NCBI RefSeq assembly: GCF_963534045.1
Contig: NZ_CAUSQT010000002.1
Coordinates: forward strand, 46,670 to 110,669
DNA length: 64,000 nt
Direction of reading: 5' to 3'
Origin: an uncultured Veillonella sp.
GTDB lineage: Bacteria; Bacillota; Negativicutes; Veillonellales; Veillonellaceae
The translations under genes were made by a program, and so were the position numbers. The notes below the pieces were generated by a model. It was given only the letters and a program-made list of their open reading frames with translations. It did not search any database and was not told the DNA's origin. Position 1 is the stretch's first letter; each line of letters opens with the position of its first letter. Of this stretch, positions 40,167-49,395 are shown piece by piece.

Positions 40167-42317
40167 ATGAGTAAAGACGTGGAAAATAAAAATACCCATG
40201 ACCATAGCCATGGTGAACATCATCATTGCCATTGCGGCGGTCATCATCACCATCATGATCACAACCATGACCACCACCATGATCATGACCATGGTCACGA
40301 TCATAGCCATGAAAAGGCTTTGCCTACAGATAAATGGGTGCCACACACTCATGAACCAGGTGTGCCTCATGAACATGGCGTAAATGATTATCTTAAGGCT
40401 GTTGCTGAGTATCGTAAAACATGGCCTACTAAGCAAGATGTTATCGAGCAAACTCCTGACCCTGCCGTGCGTGAGATGATTCTTCGTATGGAACAAATCG
40501 GTTGCGACACTGTATTCGACCGTTTCGATAAACAACAACCTCAATGTGCGTTCGGTATTGCTGGCGTATGTTGTCGTATTTGTTTCATGGGTCCATGTAA
40601 AATTACGCCTAAGAGCCCTCGTGGCGTTTGCGGTGCCGATGCTGACCTTATCGTAGCTCGTAACATGACACGTGCTGCTGCGGGTGGTTTGACTCAACAT
40701 GGTGCACATGCTCGTGAAATTTTGATTTCTTTGAAAGCTGCCGCTAATGATCAATTGGATATTCCAATTTTGGGCGAAGAAAAAATCCGTACTGTATGTA
40801 AGGCTTTCAACATCCCTGAAGAAGGTCGTTCTTTGAAAGAAGTAGCTAATGATTTGGCAGACGTTCTATTAGAAGATTTAAGTCGTGCATTGCCTGGCGA
40901 ATATAAAACCATTACAGCAATGGCTCCTGCTGAACGTCGCGAAGTTTGGAAAAACTTGGATATTTTGCCTATTTCCGCGTACAATGAAGCATTTGATGCA
41001 TATCATCGTACTTGCGTAGGTACAGATGGCGATTGGGAAAGCAATATGAAACAATTCTTGCGTTGTGGTCTTGCTTTCACATTCACTGGCGTAGTAGCGG
41101 CAGATATCGCTACAGATGCATTGTTCGGACAAGGCGGTCGCCGTACATCCAAAGTTAACATCGGTGCTTTGAAAAAAGGTTATGTTAACATTGCTGTTCA
41201 TGGTCACTTGCCAACATTAGTATCCCAAATTTGTACAATTGGTGCCTCTGAAGAGTATTTAGAAAAAGCGAAAGCTATCGGTGCCAAAGGCATCCAATTC
41301 TACGGTATTTGTTGCTCTGGTTTGTCCAGCATGTACCGTTATGAAAATGTTATTCCATTGTGTAATGCTATCGGTGCTGAGCTTGTACTTGGTACAGGTG
41401 CTCTTGACTGCTGGGTAGCCGACGTTCAAGACGTTTACCCTGCTATCATGGACGTAGCACGTTGCTTCAATACAAAGGTTATCACTACATCTGATGCAGC
41501 GCGTTTACCAGGTGCAGAACACATTGGTTACGATCACCATCATACTAACTTGTCTGAAACAAAAGCATTGGCTCGCAAAATCTTGGATCGAGCTCTTGAA
41601 GCTCATGAATTGCGTAAAGGCATGCCTGTATTCATTCCGCCATACGAAATCACTGCAGAGGTTGGTTTCTCTCCAGAATCCACTGTTAAACATTATGGTT
41701 CCTTCAAACCATTGGCAGAGGCTTTAAAATCTGGTAAAGTTCGTGGTATCGTTAACGTAGTAGGTTGTTCCAACCCTCGCGTTATCTACGAAAAAGCAAC
41801 TGTAGATATCGTTGATACACTTATCAAAAATGGTTGTATTATCTTAACAAATGGTTGTGCGTCCTTCCCATTGATGAAACTTGGTTACTGTAATACAGAT
41901 GCTATTAAGAAATGTAGCCCTGCATTGCAAGAGTTCTTGGGCGATGATCAACCACCAGTATGGCATGTTGGCGAATGTGTAGATAATGCACGTTCCTCCG
42001 GTATCTTCGGTGGTATCGCAGCAGAATTAGGCCTTAACTTGCCTCAATTACCATTTGCTATGTCTAGCCCTGAATGGTCTAACGAAAAAGGTATCGATGC
42101 ATCCCTTGGCTTCCGCTTGATGGGTATCAACTCTTACCACTGCGTTGAGCCACCTACACAAGGCTCTGATGCTGTTACAAAATGGTTGAAAGAAGACACT
42201 AAAGACATCCTAGGCTCTGTTATGTATGTAAATACAGATCCAGCTAAAGTTGCTGAAAAAATCTTAGCTGATATCGATGAAAAACGTGCTGCTTTAGGTT
42301 GGGCAGAAGTAAAATAA
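40167..42317 (+). CDS. cooS: Ni-CO dehydrogenase catalytic subunit family protein
   Basis: QPQCAFG..GVCCRICFMGPC, GVCGA, HGH, GICC, GCSN, GCA, GECVDN, NEKG; His-rich N-terminus. Confidence 0.92.
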   Translation: MSKDVENKNTHDHSHGEHHHCHCGGHHHHHDHNHDHHHDHDHGHDHSHEKALPTDKWVPHTHEPGVPHEHGVNDYLKAVAEYRKTWPTKQDVIEQTPDPAVREMILRMEQIGCDTVFDRFDKQQPQCAFGIAGVCCRICFMGPCKITPKSPRGVCGADADLIVARNMTRAAAGGLTQHGAHAREILISLKAAANDQLDIPILGEEKIRTVCKAFNIPEEGRSLKEVANDLADVLLEDLSRALPGEYKTITAMAPAERREVWKNLDILPISAYNEAFDAYHRTCVGTDGDWESNMKQFLRCGLAFTFTGVVAADIATDALFGQGGRRTSKVNIGALKKGYVNIAVHGHLPTLVSQICTIGASEEYLEKAKAIGAKGIQFYGICCSGLSSMYRYENVIPLCNAIGAELVLGTGALDCWVADVQDVYPAIMDVARCFNTKVITTSDAARLPGAEHIGYDHHHTNLSETKALARKILDRALEAHELRKGMPVFIPPYEITAEVGFSPESTVKHYGSFKPLAEALKSGKVRGIVNVVGCSNPRVIYEKATVDIVDTLIKNGCIILTNGCASFPLMKLGYCNTDAIKKCSPALQEFLGDDQPPVWHVGECVDNARSSGIFGGIAAELGLNLPQLPFAMSSPEWSNEKGIDASLGFRLMGINSYHCVEPPTQGSDAVTKWLKEDTKDILGSVMYVNTDPAKVAEKILADIDEKRAALGWAEVK

Positions 42318-42545
42318 TTATTAATTGATTAGACTATTTAACCGAAAATAAAACTCATCTTCTTTACGAGGTAATGAAATACCCTCTCGTGCGTCCTCCA
42401 CCGCTTTAACGGTCTGCGGCATGGCCTTGACCTAGCAAAGTCGGACGTACTGAGAGGGTTATTTCATTAGAAGTAAACTCTAAATTAGTAAATCTAAATG
42501 ATGAGTTTTATTTTCTACGTTTTAGCCTAATTAACTAATAATTAT
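42316..42545 (+). repeat. Long rod-hairpin repeat (core A)
   Basis: Roughly 80-100-nt bulged arms around CTCCACCGCTTTAACGGTCTGCGGCATGGCCTTGACCTAGCAAAGTCG. Confidence 0.85.
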
Positions 42546-42803
42546 TTATGAAAGAATAAAAGCGTCAGGCCTGCCTGACGCTTCATTGTAATTTCTATCT
42601 TAAGTTTATTCAAATAAACTTAAGAAACGCCTAACGTAATAAGTACTGGTAATACTTACACGTTAGGCGCATCTCGTTTTACTGATTTTTAGATGAGCCT
42701 AACGCTTGCACACGTCAATGGCTCTCTTGATATTTATAGTATACCTCAATAACAATATAAAAACAACATAAGGAGTATAGCACTATAGTGTTATACAAGC
42801 TAT

Positions 42804-42861
42804 CATATACCTCTTCTAAAAATTAGAACAGGCCTGTTCTAATTTTTAGAAGAGGTATATG
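42804..42861. repeat. Perfect 58-bp palindrome
   Basis: CATATACCTCTTCTAAAAATTAGAACAGG|CCTGTTCTAATTTTTAGAAGAGGTATATG, no spacer. Confidence 0.95.
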
Positions 42862-42864
42862 GAC

Positions 42865-43280
42865 GAGGTCGAGGCCTTAGGCCGCAGATCGTTGTGTTTG
42901 TTTAGAACGCATAAATTCATGGACGACCGAAACTGCTGTGGTAGAAAATATAATTTACTATGTAGATGCTTTAATTCACATCTAAATTCCAATAAAAGAA
43001 CACCCACAATTATCCGACTTTGCTAGGCCAAGGCCCTACGCCGCAGGCCGTTCTGTCTATTTAGAACGCATAAATTCATGGGCGACCGTAATTGCTGTGG
43101 CAGAAAATATAATTTACTATGTGATGTTCTAATACAGATCTAAATTTCAATAAAAGAACACCCACAATTATCCGACTTTACTAGGTCAAGGCCCTAGGCC
43201 GCAGACCGTTAAAGTAGCTGGAGGATAATTGTGGGTGTCTTTTATTACCAAGTTTAGATAGTAAATTATATTTTCTATTC
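42865..43280 (-). repeat. Core A hairpin with ~160-bp tandem duplications
   Basis: Full hairpin at about 43102-43275; core copies near 42866, 43015 and 43174 separated by near-identical ~160-bp units. Confidence 0.85.
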
Positions 43281-43305
43281 CGCAGTTATAAGGTAGAACA
43301 TGAAT

Positions 43306-44643
43306 TTATACGTTCATGTTTGCCCCTTTTCTCACATAGAACCAGAAGCAAACCGCAACTGTTACGATGTTGAATGCTAGTAGTACTGCGAATGCAGGGT
43401 GAATGTTGCCGAATGTGGAGTATACGAAACCGAAGATTTTAGGTGTAATGAATGCACCGTATGCAGCTACAGCAGCTACGAAACCTGTGATTAAAGAGGA
43501 TAACAACGGATTGCCAAATACGTGAGGAATCATACGGAATGTTGCACCTGTTGCAAAGCCACAGCATACGAATGTCAATACGGACATAGCAAAGAAGAAT
43601 GGGAAGTTGTGCATATCTACACCAACTGCAATCAATGCAGTGGTAGCACATAAGCCGATGAGGCTAACAAAGGTAACTTTTGTACCGCTGTTGATTTTGT
43701 CGGATAACCAACCGCCTACAGGACGAAGGGCACCTGCAACAAGGGGACCAACAAATGCAATGGATGCAAATGGAATTTCAGGGAATTCCTTGCCTACTAG
43801 TAGGCCGAGTGCTGCCGCATAACCAGAGAAGGCACCGAAGGAACATGTGTATAGCAATGTAAATGCCCAAGTGTGTTTGTTCCCAAAGATTTGTACAAGA
43901 TTTTTAGGATTTGGTTTTTCTAGTGGTAAGTTATCCATGAAACGTGTCATAAGTGCAAGGATAACAACAAGTGGTACAATCCACATGAAAGCCGCATTGG
44001 CAAGGTATACTGCATTACCTTTGATGATAGCTGGTGTTACACCAAATACGCTACCTAATGCAGCGGAACCCATAGCGAATGGAGCTAAGAAGTAGATTAC
44101 GGAGATACCAAGGTTACCAACGCCGCCGTTGATACCAAGGGCTGTACCTTTTTCGGATTTAGGGAAGAAGTTGCCAATGTACGCCATGGAGGACGAGAAG
44201 TTGGCGCCCGCTAAACCGATAAGGGCTGTTAAGATCATGAATGTCGTATAAGAAGTTGTTGTATCTTGAACAGCAAAGCCAAGCCATACAACAGGAACTA
44301 ATAAAATAAGTGTGGAAATAAATGTCCAGTTCTTACCACCGATTAAGGCTGGCATGTAGGTATATACAAAACGTAATGTAGCACCTACAAGACCTGGTAA
44401 TGCGGCTAATGTAAATAATTGATCTGTTGTAAAGTTAAAGCCAGCGCCATTTAGTTGTGCTGCAATGGTTGCCCATAAATACCATACACAGAATGAAAGG
44501 GTTAATGCAATTGTGGATATAACCAAGTTTTGTTTAGCGATTTTTTTACCAAACTTTTCCCAAAATTCTGGATTTTCTGGTTGCCAATTAGCCACAATTT
44601 CGCTACGGCTTGCCCCTACTTGAGGCATTTTTAGTTCTGACAT
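43306..44643 (-). CDS. narK: Nitrate/nitrite MFS transporter
   Basis: WQPENPEFW, ANFSSSM..I..FFPK..KGTALGINGGVGNLG. Confidence 0.93.
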   Translation of the reverse strand: MSELKMPQVGASRSEIVANWQPENPEFWEKFGKKIAKQNLVISTIALTLSFCVWYLWATIAAQLNGAGFNFTTDQLFTLAALPGLVGATLRFVYTYMPALIGGKNWTFISTLILLVPVVWLGFAVQDTTTSYTTFMILTALIGLAGANFSSSMAYIGNFFPKSEKGTALGINGGVGNLGISVIYFLAPFAMGSAALGSVFGVTPAIIKGNAVYLANAAFMWIVPLVVILALMTRFMDNLPLEKPNPKNLVQIFGNKHTWAFTLLYTCSFGAFSGYAAALGLLVGKEFPEIPFASIAFVGPLVAGALRPVGGWLSDKINSGTKVTFVSLIGLCATTALIAVGVDMHNFPFFFAMSVLTFVCCGFATGATFRMIPHVFGNPLLSSLITGFVAAVAAYGAFITPKIFGFVYSTFGNIHPAFAVLLAFNIVTVAVCFWFYVRKGANMNV

Positions 44644-44756
44644 GAGAGCTCTCCTTTAACTAAAACACATGTGATAAAGGGTAGATCTTTTCACACGAAT
44701 ATGTGGCACATCTCGTTTAAAAGCCTTGAAAAATGTGGTACTATAATAATAGAGAG

Positions 44757-44820
44757 TGTGCCTAAAATCACACCATTATTATATAGGACAGAATATAATG
44801 TGAATGTGACGAAAAACACA
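44757..44820. promoter_or_regulatory. Two Crp/Fnr-type boxes
   Basis: TGTGC-N6-TCACA (44757-44772) and TGTGA-N6-ACACA (44805-44820), each one mismatch from TGTGA-N6-TCACA. Confidence 0.65.
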
Positions 44821-44961
44821 CTTATATGAGAATTAATCGGTTATAATAGGGATAATATACGTAAAGTATATAGTATATGTGCCTTTTGTGCATGGCTGTT
44901 TGTGAAAGCAACTTTCACAATCAATGTGGACAAATGACACTGAAAGATGCACGGTGATAGT

Positions 44962-45648
44962 ATGGAACAGGAGTTAATTAACCAGTTACTTGCATTGCCA
45001 GGAGAAACAGTTCACCTTGAAAAAGGCGAGTTTTTGTTTCACGAAGGTGATATAGCAGATCATTTTTTTATTGTCCGTGAAGGGCGACTTAGTATTAAGA
45101 AATTTGAGGCAAGTGGTCATATTTTTGCTCATCGGTTGGTGGGGCCAAATAATGTGCTTGGTGAAATTCCTTTGTACGAGACGAACACCCGGACTTACGT
45201 GTTCAATGCGATTGCACGTGAAAAATGCTCGGTATATTCCATCCGTTATGATGTTTTAGAACCAGCCATTGCAAAGGACCATTCACTGGCCATTGCAATG
45301 ATGAAAATCTATACACTTCATATGCGGCGACAACAAGCCAAATACAGAGATTTGTTGTTGTATGGCAAAAAAGGTGCATTCTATTCGACACTATTGCGTT
45401 TAGCTAATAGCTATGGTATTCAACGTGATGACGGTATCTATATAGACATCGCGTTAACAAATCAAGAGTTAGCTGAATTTGCTGCCACATCTCGGGAAAG
45501 TTTAAACCGCATGCTCAGTGAGTTACGAAAATTAGGCTATGTAGCCTATGATAAACACCATCTGGTAATCTGTGACTTAGATGCATTAATCGGATTACTC
45601 GATTTAGATAGCGACACGATCGATCCTAATATCAGTAATATCGAATAA
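44962..45648 (+). CDS. fnr: Crp/Fnr regulator, Bacillus Fnr-like
   Basis: RDLLLYGKKGAFYSTLLRLANSYG, LTNQELA..ATSRESLNRMLSEL helix-turn-helix. Confidence 0.85.
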   Translation: MEQELINQLLALPGETVHLEKGEFLFHEGDIADHFFIVREGRLSIKKFEASGHIFAHRLVGPNNVLGEIPLYETNTRTYVFNAIAREKCSVYSIRYDVLEPAIAKDHSLAIAMMKIYTLHMRRQQAKYRDLLLYGKKGAFYSTLLRLANSYGIQRDDGIYIDIALTNQELAEFAATSRESLNRMLSELRKLGYVAYDKHHLVICDLDALIGLLDLDSDTIDPNISNIE

Positions 45649-45720
45649 TTGTGGATATTCGCCCTTGTTGTTGGCATTGCTAACGCAAGGGCTTTTTTGT
45701 AGTTTTAAGGAGGACACGAG

Positions 45721-48700
45721 ATGAGTTTATTGTCTCAGAAATTCAAGTTTCTTCGCAAGAAGGACGTATCTCCAAGCGGTCACCAAATCACAGAAGAAGG
45801 CGGTCGCGAATGGGAAAATTTTTATCGTGACCGTTGGTCCTACGATAAAGTAGTCCGCACAACACATGGCGTAAACTGTACTGGTTCTTGTAGCTGGAAC
45901 ATTTACGTTAAAAATGGCGTCGTAGCATGGGAAAACCAAGCTACAGATTATCCGGAAACACCTGATGATATGCCGGACTATGAACCACGTGGGTGCCCTC
46001 GTGGTGCGACCTTCTCTTGGTATTTGTACAGTCCATTGCGCGTAAAATATCCATATGTACGCGGCGAATTGGCTGAGCTTTGGAGAGAAGCAAAGAAAAC
46101 AGCTAAAAATCCTATCGAAGCATGGAAATCTATCGTAGAAGACCCTGAAAAGGCGAAAAAATATAAATCTGCCCGTGGTATGGGTGGCTTTGTGCGCTCC
46201 ACTTGGGACGAAGCGACAGAAATCACTGCAGCATCTTTACTATATACAGCAAAAACATACGGCCCTGACCGCAATGCAGGCTTCTCTGTAATTCCAGCGA
46301 TGTCCATGTTGTCCTATGCAGCAGGTGCTCGTTTCCTTAACTTAATGGGTGGTTCACCATTGTCCTTCTATGACTGGTATGCCGATTTACCACCATCCAG
46401 CCCTCAAGTTTGGGGTGAACAAACGGATACACCTGAATCTGGTGACTGGTATAATGCTGGCTACATCATGACTTGGGGTTCCAATGTACCGTTGACACGT
46501 ACACCTGATGCTCACTTCTTGACAGAGGTTCGTTACAAAGGTACTAAGGTTGTATCCGTATCTCCTGACTATGCGGAATCTACAACTTCTTCTGATGCTT
46601 GGCTTAATGTGAAAGCCGGCACTGATGCGGCTCTTGCTATGGCAATGGGTCATGTTATCTTAAAAGAATATTACATCGATAAGGAAACTCCATACTTCAA
46701 AGAGTATGCTAAAGAGTTTACCGATATGCCATTCCTTGTACGCGTTGAAGACATCAACGGTGCAGTACAACCAGGTCGTTTCTTAAATGCTAAGGATTTA
46801 GGAAGCAAAGAAGACGGTGCTGATTTCCAAACTGTATTAATTGATGAAACAACAAATGAAATCGTTGTTCCAAATGGTACAATGGGCGACCGTCACACAA
46901 ATCCACAAAAATGGAACTTACGCCTTGAAAACCGCAATACAGGGGCTAAAATTGACCCTCGTTTATCCGTATTTGACCAACGTCAAGATGTGACTGTTGT
47001 TAAGTTGCCATACTTTGGTGATGAAGAGCACGAAGGCGTTATTGAACGTGCTATTCCAACTATTACAGTACAAACTGTAGATGGTCCTGTAAAAGTAACT
47101 ACTGTATATGACCTTATTCTTGCTAACTATGGTATCGATCGTGGTATCGGTGGTGAAGTGGCAACATCTTATACTGATGACACTCCTTACACACCTACAT
47201 GGCAAGAAAAAATCACTGGCGTAAAAGCAGATATCGCTATTGCCACAGCTCGTGAATTTGCAGATAATGCAGAAAAAACTAAAGGTCGTTCCATGATTAT
47301 CATGGGTGGTGGTATCAACCACTGGTACCATGCGGATATCATTTACCGTACAATCTTGAACCTCATCATGTTCTGTGGTACAGAAGGTGTTAACGGTGGT
47401 GGTTGGGCTCACTACGTAGGTCAAGAAAAACTTCGTCCTGTTGAAGGTTGGGGCGGTATCATGACAGCTAACGACTGGAGTAAAGCGCCTCGTTTGCAAA
47501 ATGGTACATCTTGGTTCTACTTTGCTACAGAACAATATCGTTCTGATTGCATCGATTTGGCAGACCGCGTATCTAAATTAGCTAAGCCTCGTTACCGTCA
47601 CCCTGGTGATTACAACGTATTGGCTGCACGTTTAGGCTGGTTGCCATCTTACCCTACTTTCAATAAAGGCAGTCAAGAATTGATTAACGACGCTCGTGCA
47701 GCGGGTGCTGGTACAGAAGCAGAGATTAACCAATATGTGGCGCAAGCGTTGAAAAACAAAGAATTACAATTCTGCGTAGAAGATCCAGCGGCTAAAGAAA
47801 ACCATCCACGCAACTTGTTTGTATGGCGTGCGAACCTTATCGGTTCTTCCTCTAAAGGCCACGAATATTTCTTGAAACATTTACTTGGTACAAAACATGG
47901 TGTTCTCGAAGATGATGACGCACCAGTAAAACCAGAAGAAATCAAATGGCGCGAAGCAGATGAAGCTGGTAAGCTTGACCTCTTAATCGACATCGACTTC
48001 CGTATGGCTTCTACCGGCTTGTATTCTGATATCGTATTCCCAGCGGCTACATGGTATGAAAAAGAAGACTTGTCTTCTACAGATATGCATCCATATGTAC
48101 ACGTATTCCAAGCGGCTGTTGATTGCGCATGGGAAACTAAATCTGACTGGGATACATTCCGTACCCTTGCAGAAACAGTATCTCGCGTAGCGAAAGAGTC
48201 TGGCTTCACAGAATACGAAGATATCGTAGCATTGCCTCTTGGTCATGATAGCCCAGGTGAAGTGGCTCAACCAGAAGGTAAGGTTCTCGACTGGAGCAAA
48301 GGCGAATGTGAACCAATTCCTGGTAAAACAATGCCGAACCTCGTTCATGTAAAACGCGACTACAGTAAAATCTTTGAAAAATACATTGCATTGGGACCTA
48401 ATATTGAAAACAAAATGGGTGCTCATGGCATGGCTTGGGATGTATCTGATGAATATAAGACATTATATGATCAAAATGGTGTCATCGATAATCCAGAATT
48501 CATTTCTCATGGCCGCCCTAGCATTTACGAATGTAAGGAAGCTTGTAATGCTGTATTGACATTGTCCTCTTGTACAAATGGTAAATTGGCTGTTCGCTCT
48601 TGGAAAGCAATGGAAGAAAAAACAGGCCTTTCTGGTCTTGAAAAGAACGCAAAAGGTCGTGAACAAGAAAAAATTACCTTCGATGACATGGTTCGCCAAC

Positions 48701-49395
48701 CACGCTTCATCATTAGCTCTGTAACAAGTACTGGTAAGAACGATAAAAACCGTCGTTATTCTCCATTTACTACATCTACAGAAGATAAGGTACCATTCCG
48801 TACCGTAACAGGTCGTCAATCCTTCTATTGCGACCATGAAATGATGCGCGATTACGGTGAAGCTATGGCATTGTACAAACCGGTATTGTCCTATAAACCA
48901 GTACAAGGTGACTACAAACAAGAAGGTGTTCCTGAAATCACATTGAAATACTTAACACCACATCACAAGTGGTCTACACATAGTATGTATTTCGATAGCC
49001 AACAAATGTTGACATTGTTCCGCGGTGGTCAAACTATTTGGCTCAACGAAGACGATGCAGCAGAAATCGACGTTAAGGATAATGATTGGGTAGAAGCTTT
49101 CAATAAAAACGGTATCGTTGCAGCTCGTGCTGTAGTTTCCCCACGTATTCCTCGCGGTATTTCCTATATGCACCATTCCCAAGATCGTCACATCAACGTT
49201 CCTGGCGCGAAAGTTAAGAAACAACGCGGTGGTACGCATAATGCACCAACTCATATTCACATGAAACCGACACACATGATCGGCGGTTATGGCCAATTGA
49301 GCTATGGCTTTAACTACTATGGCCCAACTGGTAACCAACGTGATATGACAATTGTGGCTCGTAAAATGAAGGAGGTAGATTGGCTTGAAGATTAA
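45721..49395 (+). CDS. narG: Respiratory nitrate reductase alpha subunit
   Basis: THGVNCTGSCSW, EPRGCPRG, SFYDWYADLP, FNYYGPTGNQRD. Confidence 0.98.
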   Translation: MSLLSQKFKFLRKKDVSPSGHQITEEGGREWENFYRDRWSYDKVVRTTHGVNCTGSCSWNIYVKNGVVAWENQATDYPETPDDMPDYEPRGCPRGATFSWYLYSPLRVKYPYVRGELAELWREAKKTAKNPIEAWKSIVEDPEKAKKYKSARGMGGFVRSTWDEATEITAASLLYTAKTYGPDRNAGFSVIPAMSMLSYAAGARFLNLMGGSPLSFYDWYADLPPSSPQVWGEQTDTPESGDWYNAGYIMTWGSNVPLTRTPDAHFLTEVRYKGTKVVSVSPDYAESTTSSDAWLNVKAGTDAALAMAMGHVILKEYYIDKETPYFKEYAKEFTDMPFLVRVEDINGAVQPGRFLNAKDLGSKEDGADFQTVLIDETTNEIVVPNGTMGDRHTNPQKWNLRLENRNTGAKIDPRLSVFDQRQDVTVVKLPYFGDEEHEGVIERAIPTITVQTVDGPVKVTTVYDLILANYGIDRGIGGEVATSYTDDTPYTPTWQEKITGVKADIAIATAREFADNAEKTKGRSMIIMGGGINHWYHADIIYRTILNLIMFCGTEGVNGGGWAHYVGQEKLRPVEGWGGIMTANDWSKAPRLQNGTSWFYFATEQYRSDCIDLADRVSKLAKPRYRHPGDYNVLAARLGWLPSYPTFNKGSQELINDARAAGAGTEAEINQYVAQALKNKELQFCVEDPAAKENHPRNLFVWRANLIGSSSKGHEYFLKHLLGTKHGVLEDDDAPVKPEEIKWREADEAGKLDLLIDIDFRMASTGLYSDIVFPAATWYEKEDLSSTDMHPYVHVFQAAVDCAWETKSDWDTFRTLAETVSRVAKESGFTEYEDIVALPLGHDSPGEVAQPEGKVLDWSKGECEPIPGKTMPNLVHVKRDYSKIFEKYIALGPNIENKMGAHGMAWDVSDEYKTLYDQNGVIDNPEFISHGRPSIYECKEACNAVLTLSSCTNGKLAVRSWKAMEEKTGLSGLEKNAKGREQEKITFDDMVRQPRFIISSVTSTGKNDKNRRYSPFTTSTEDKVPFRTVTGRQSFYCDHEMMRDYGEAMALYKPVLSYKPVQGDYKQEGVPEITLKYLTPHHKWSTHSMYFDSQQMLTLFRGGQTIWLNEDDAAEIDVKDNDWVEAFNKNGIVAARAVVSPRIPRGISYMHHSQDRHINVPGAKVKKQRGGTHNAPTHIHMKPTHMIGGYGQLSYGFNYYGPTGNQRDMTIVARKMKEVDWLED

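Noticed and set aside
40098..40754. 218-aa minus-strand ORF with Met/Val runs
   Set aside because: Antisense shadow of the His-rich cooS start. Most other short antisense ORFs in the track are likewise shadows.
42865..43210. Regularly spaced repeats as a CRISPR array
   Set aside because: The intervening sequences are near-identical ~160-bp units rather than unique spacers, and no cas genes are present.
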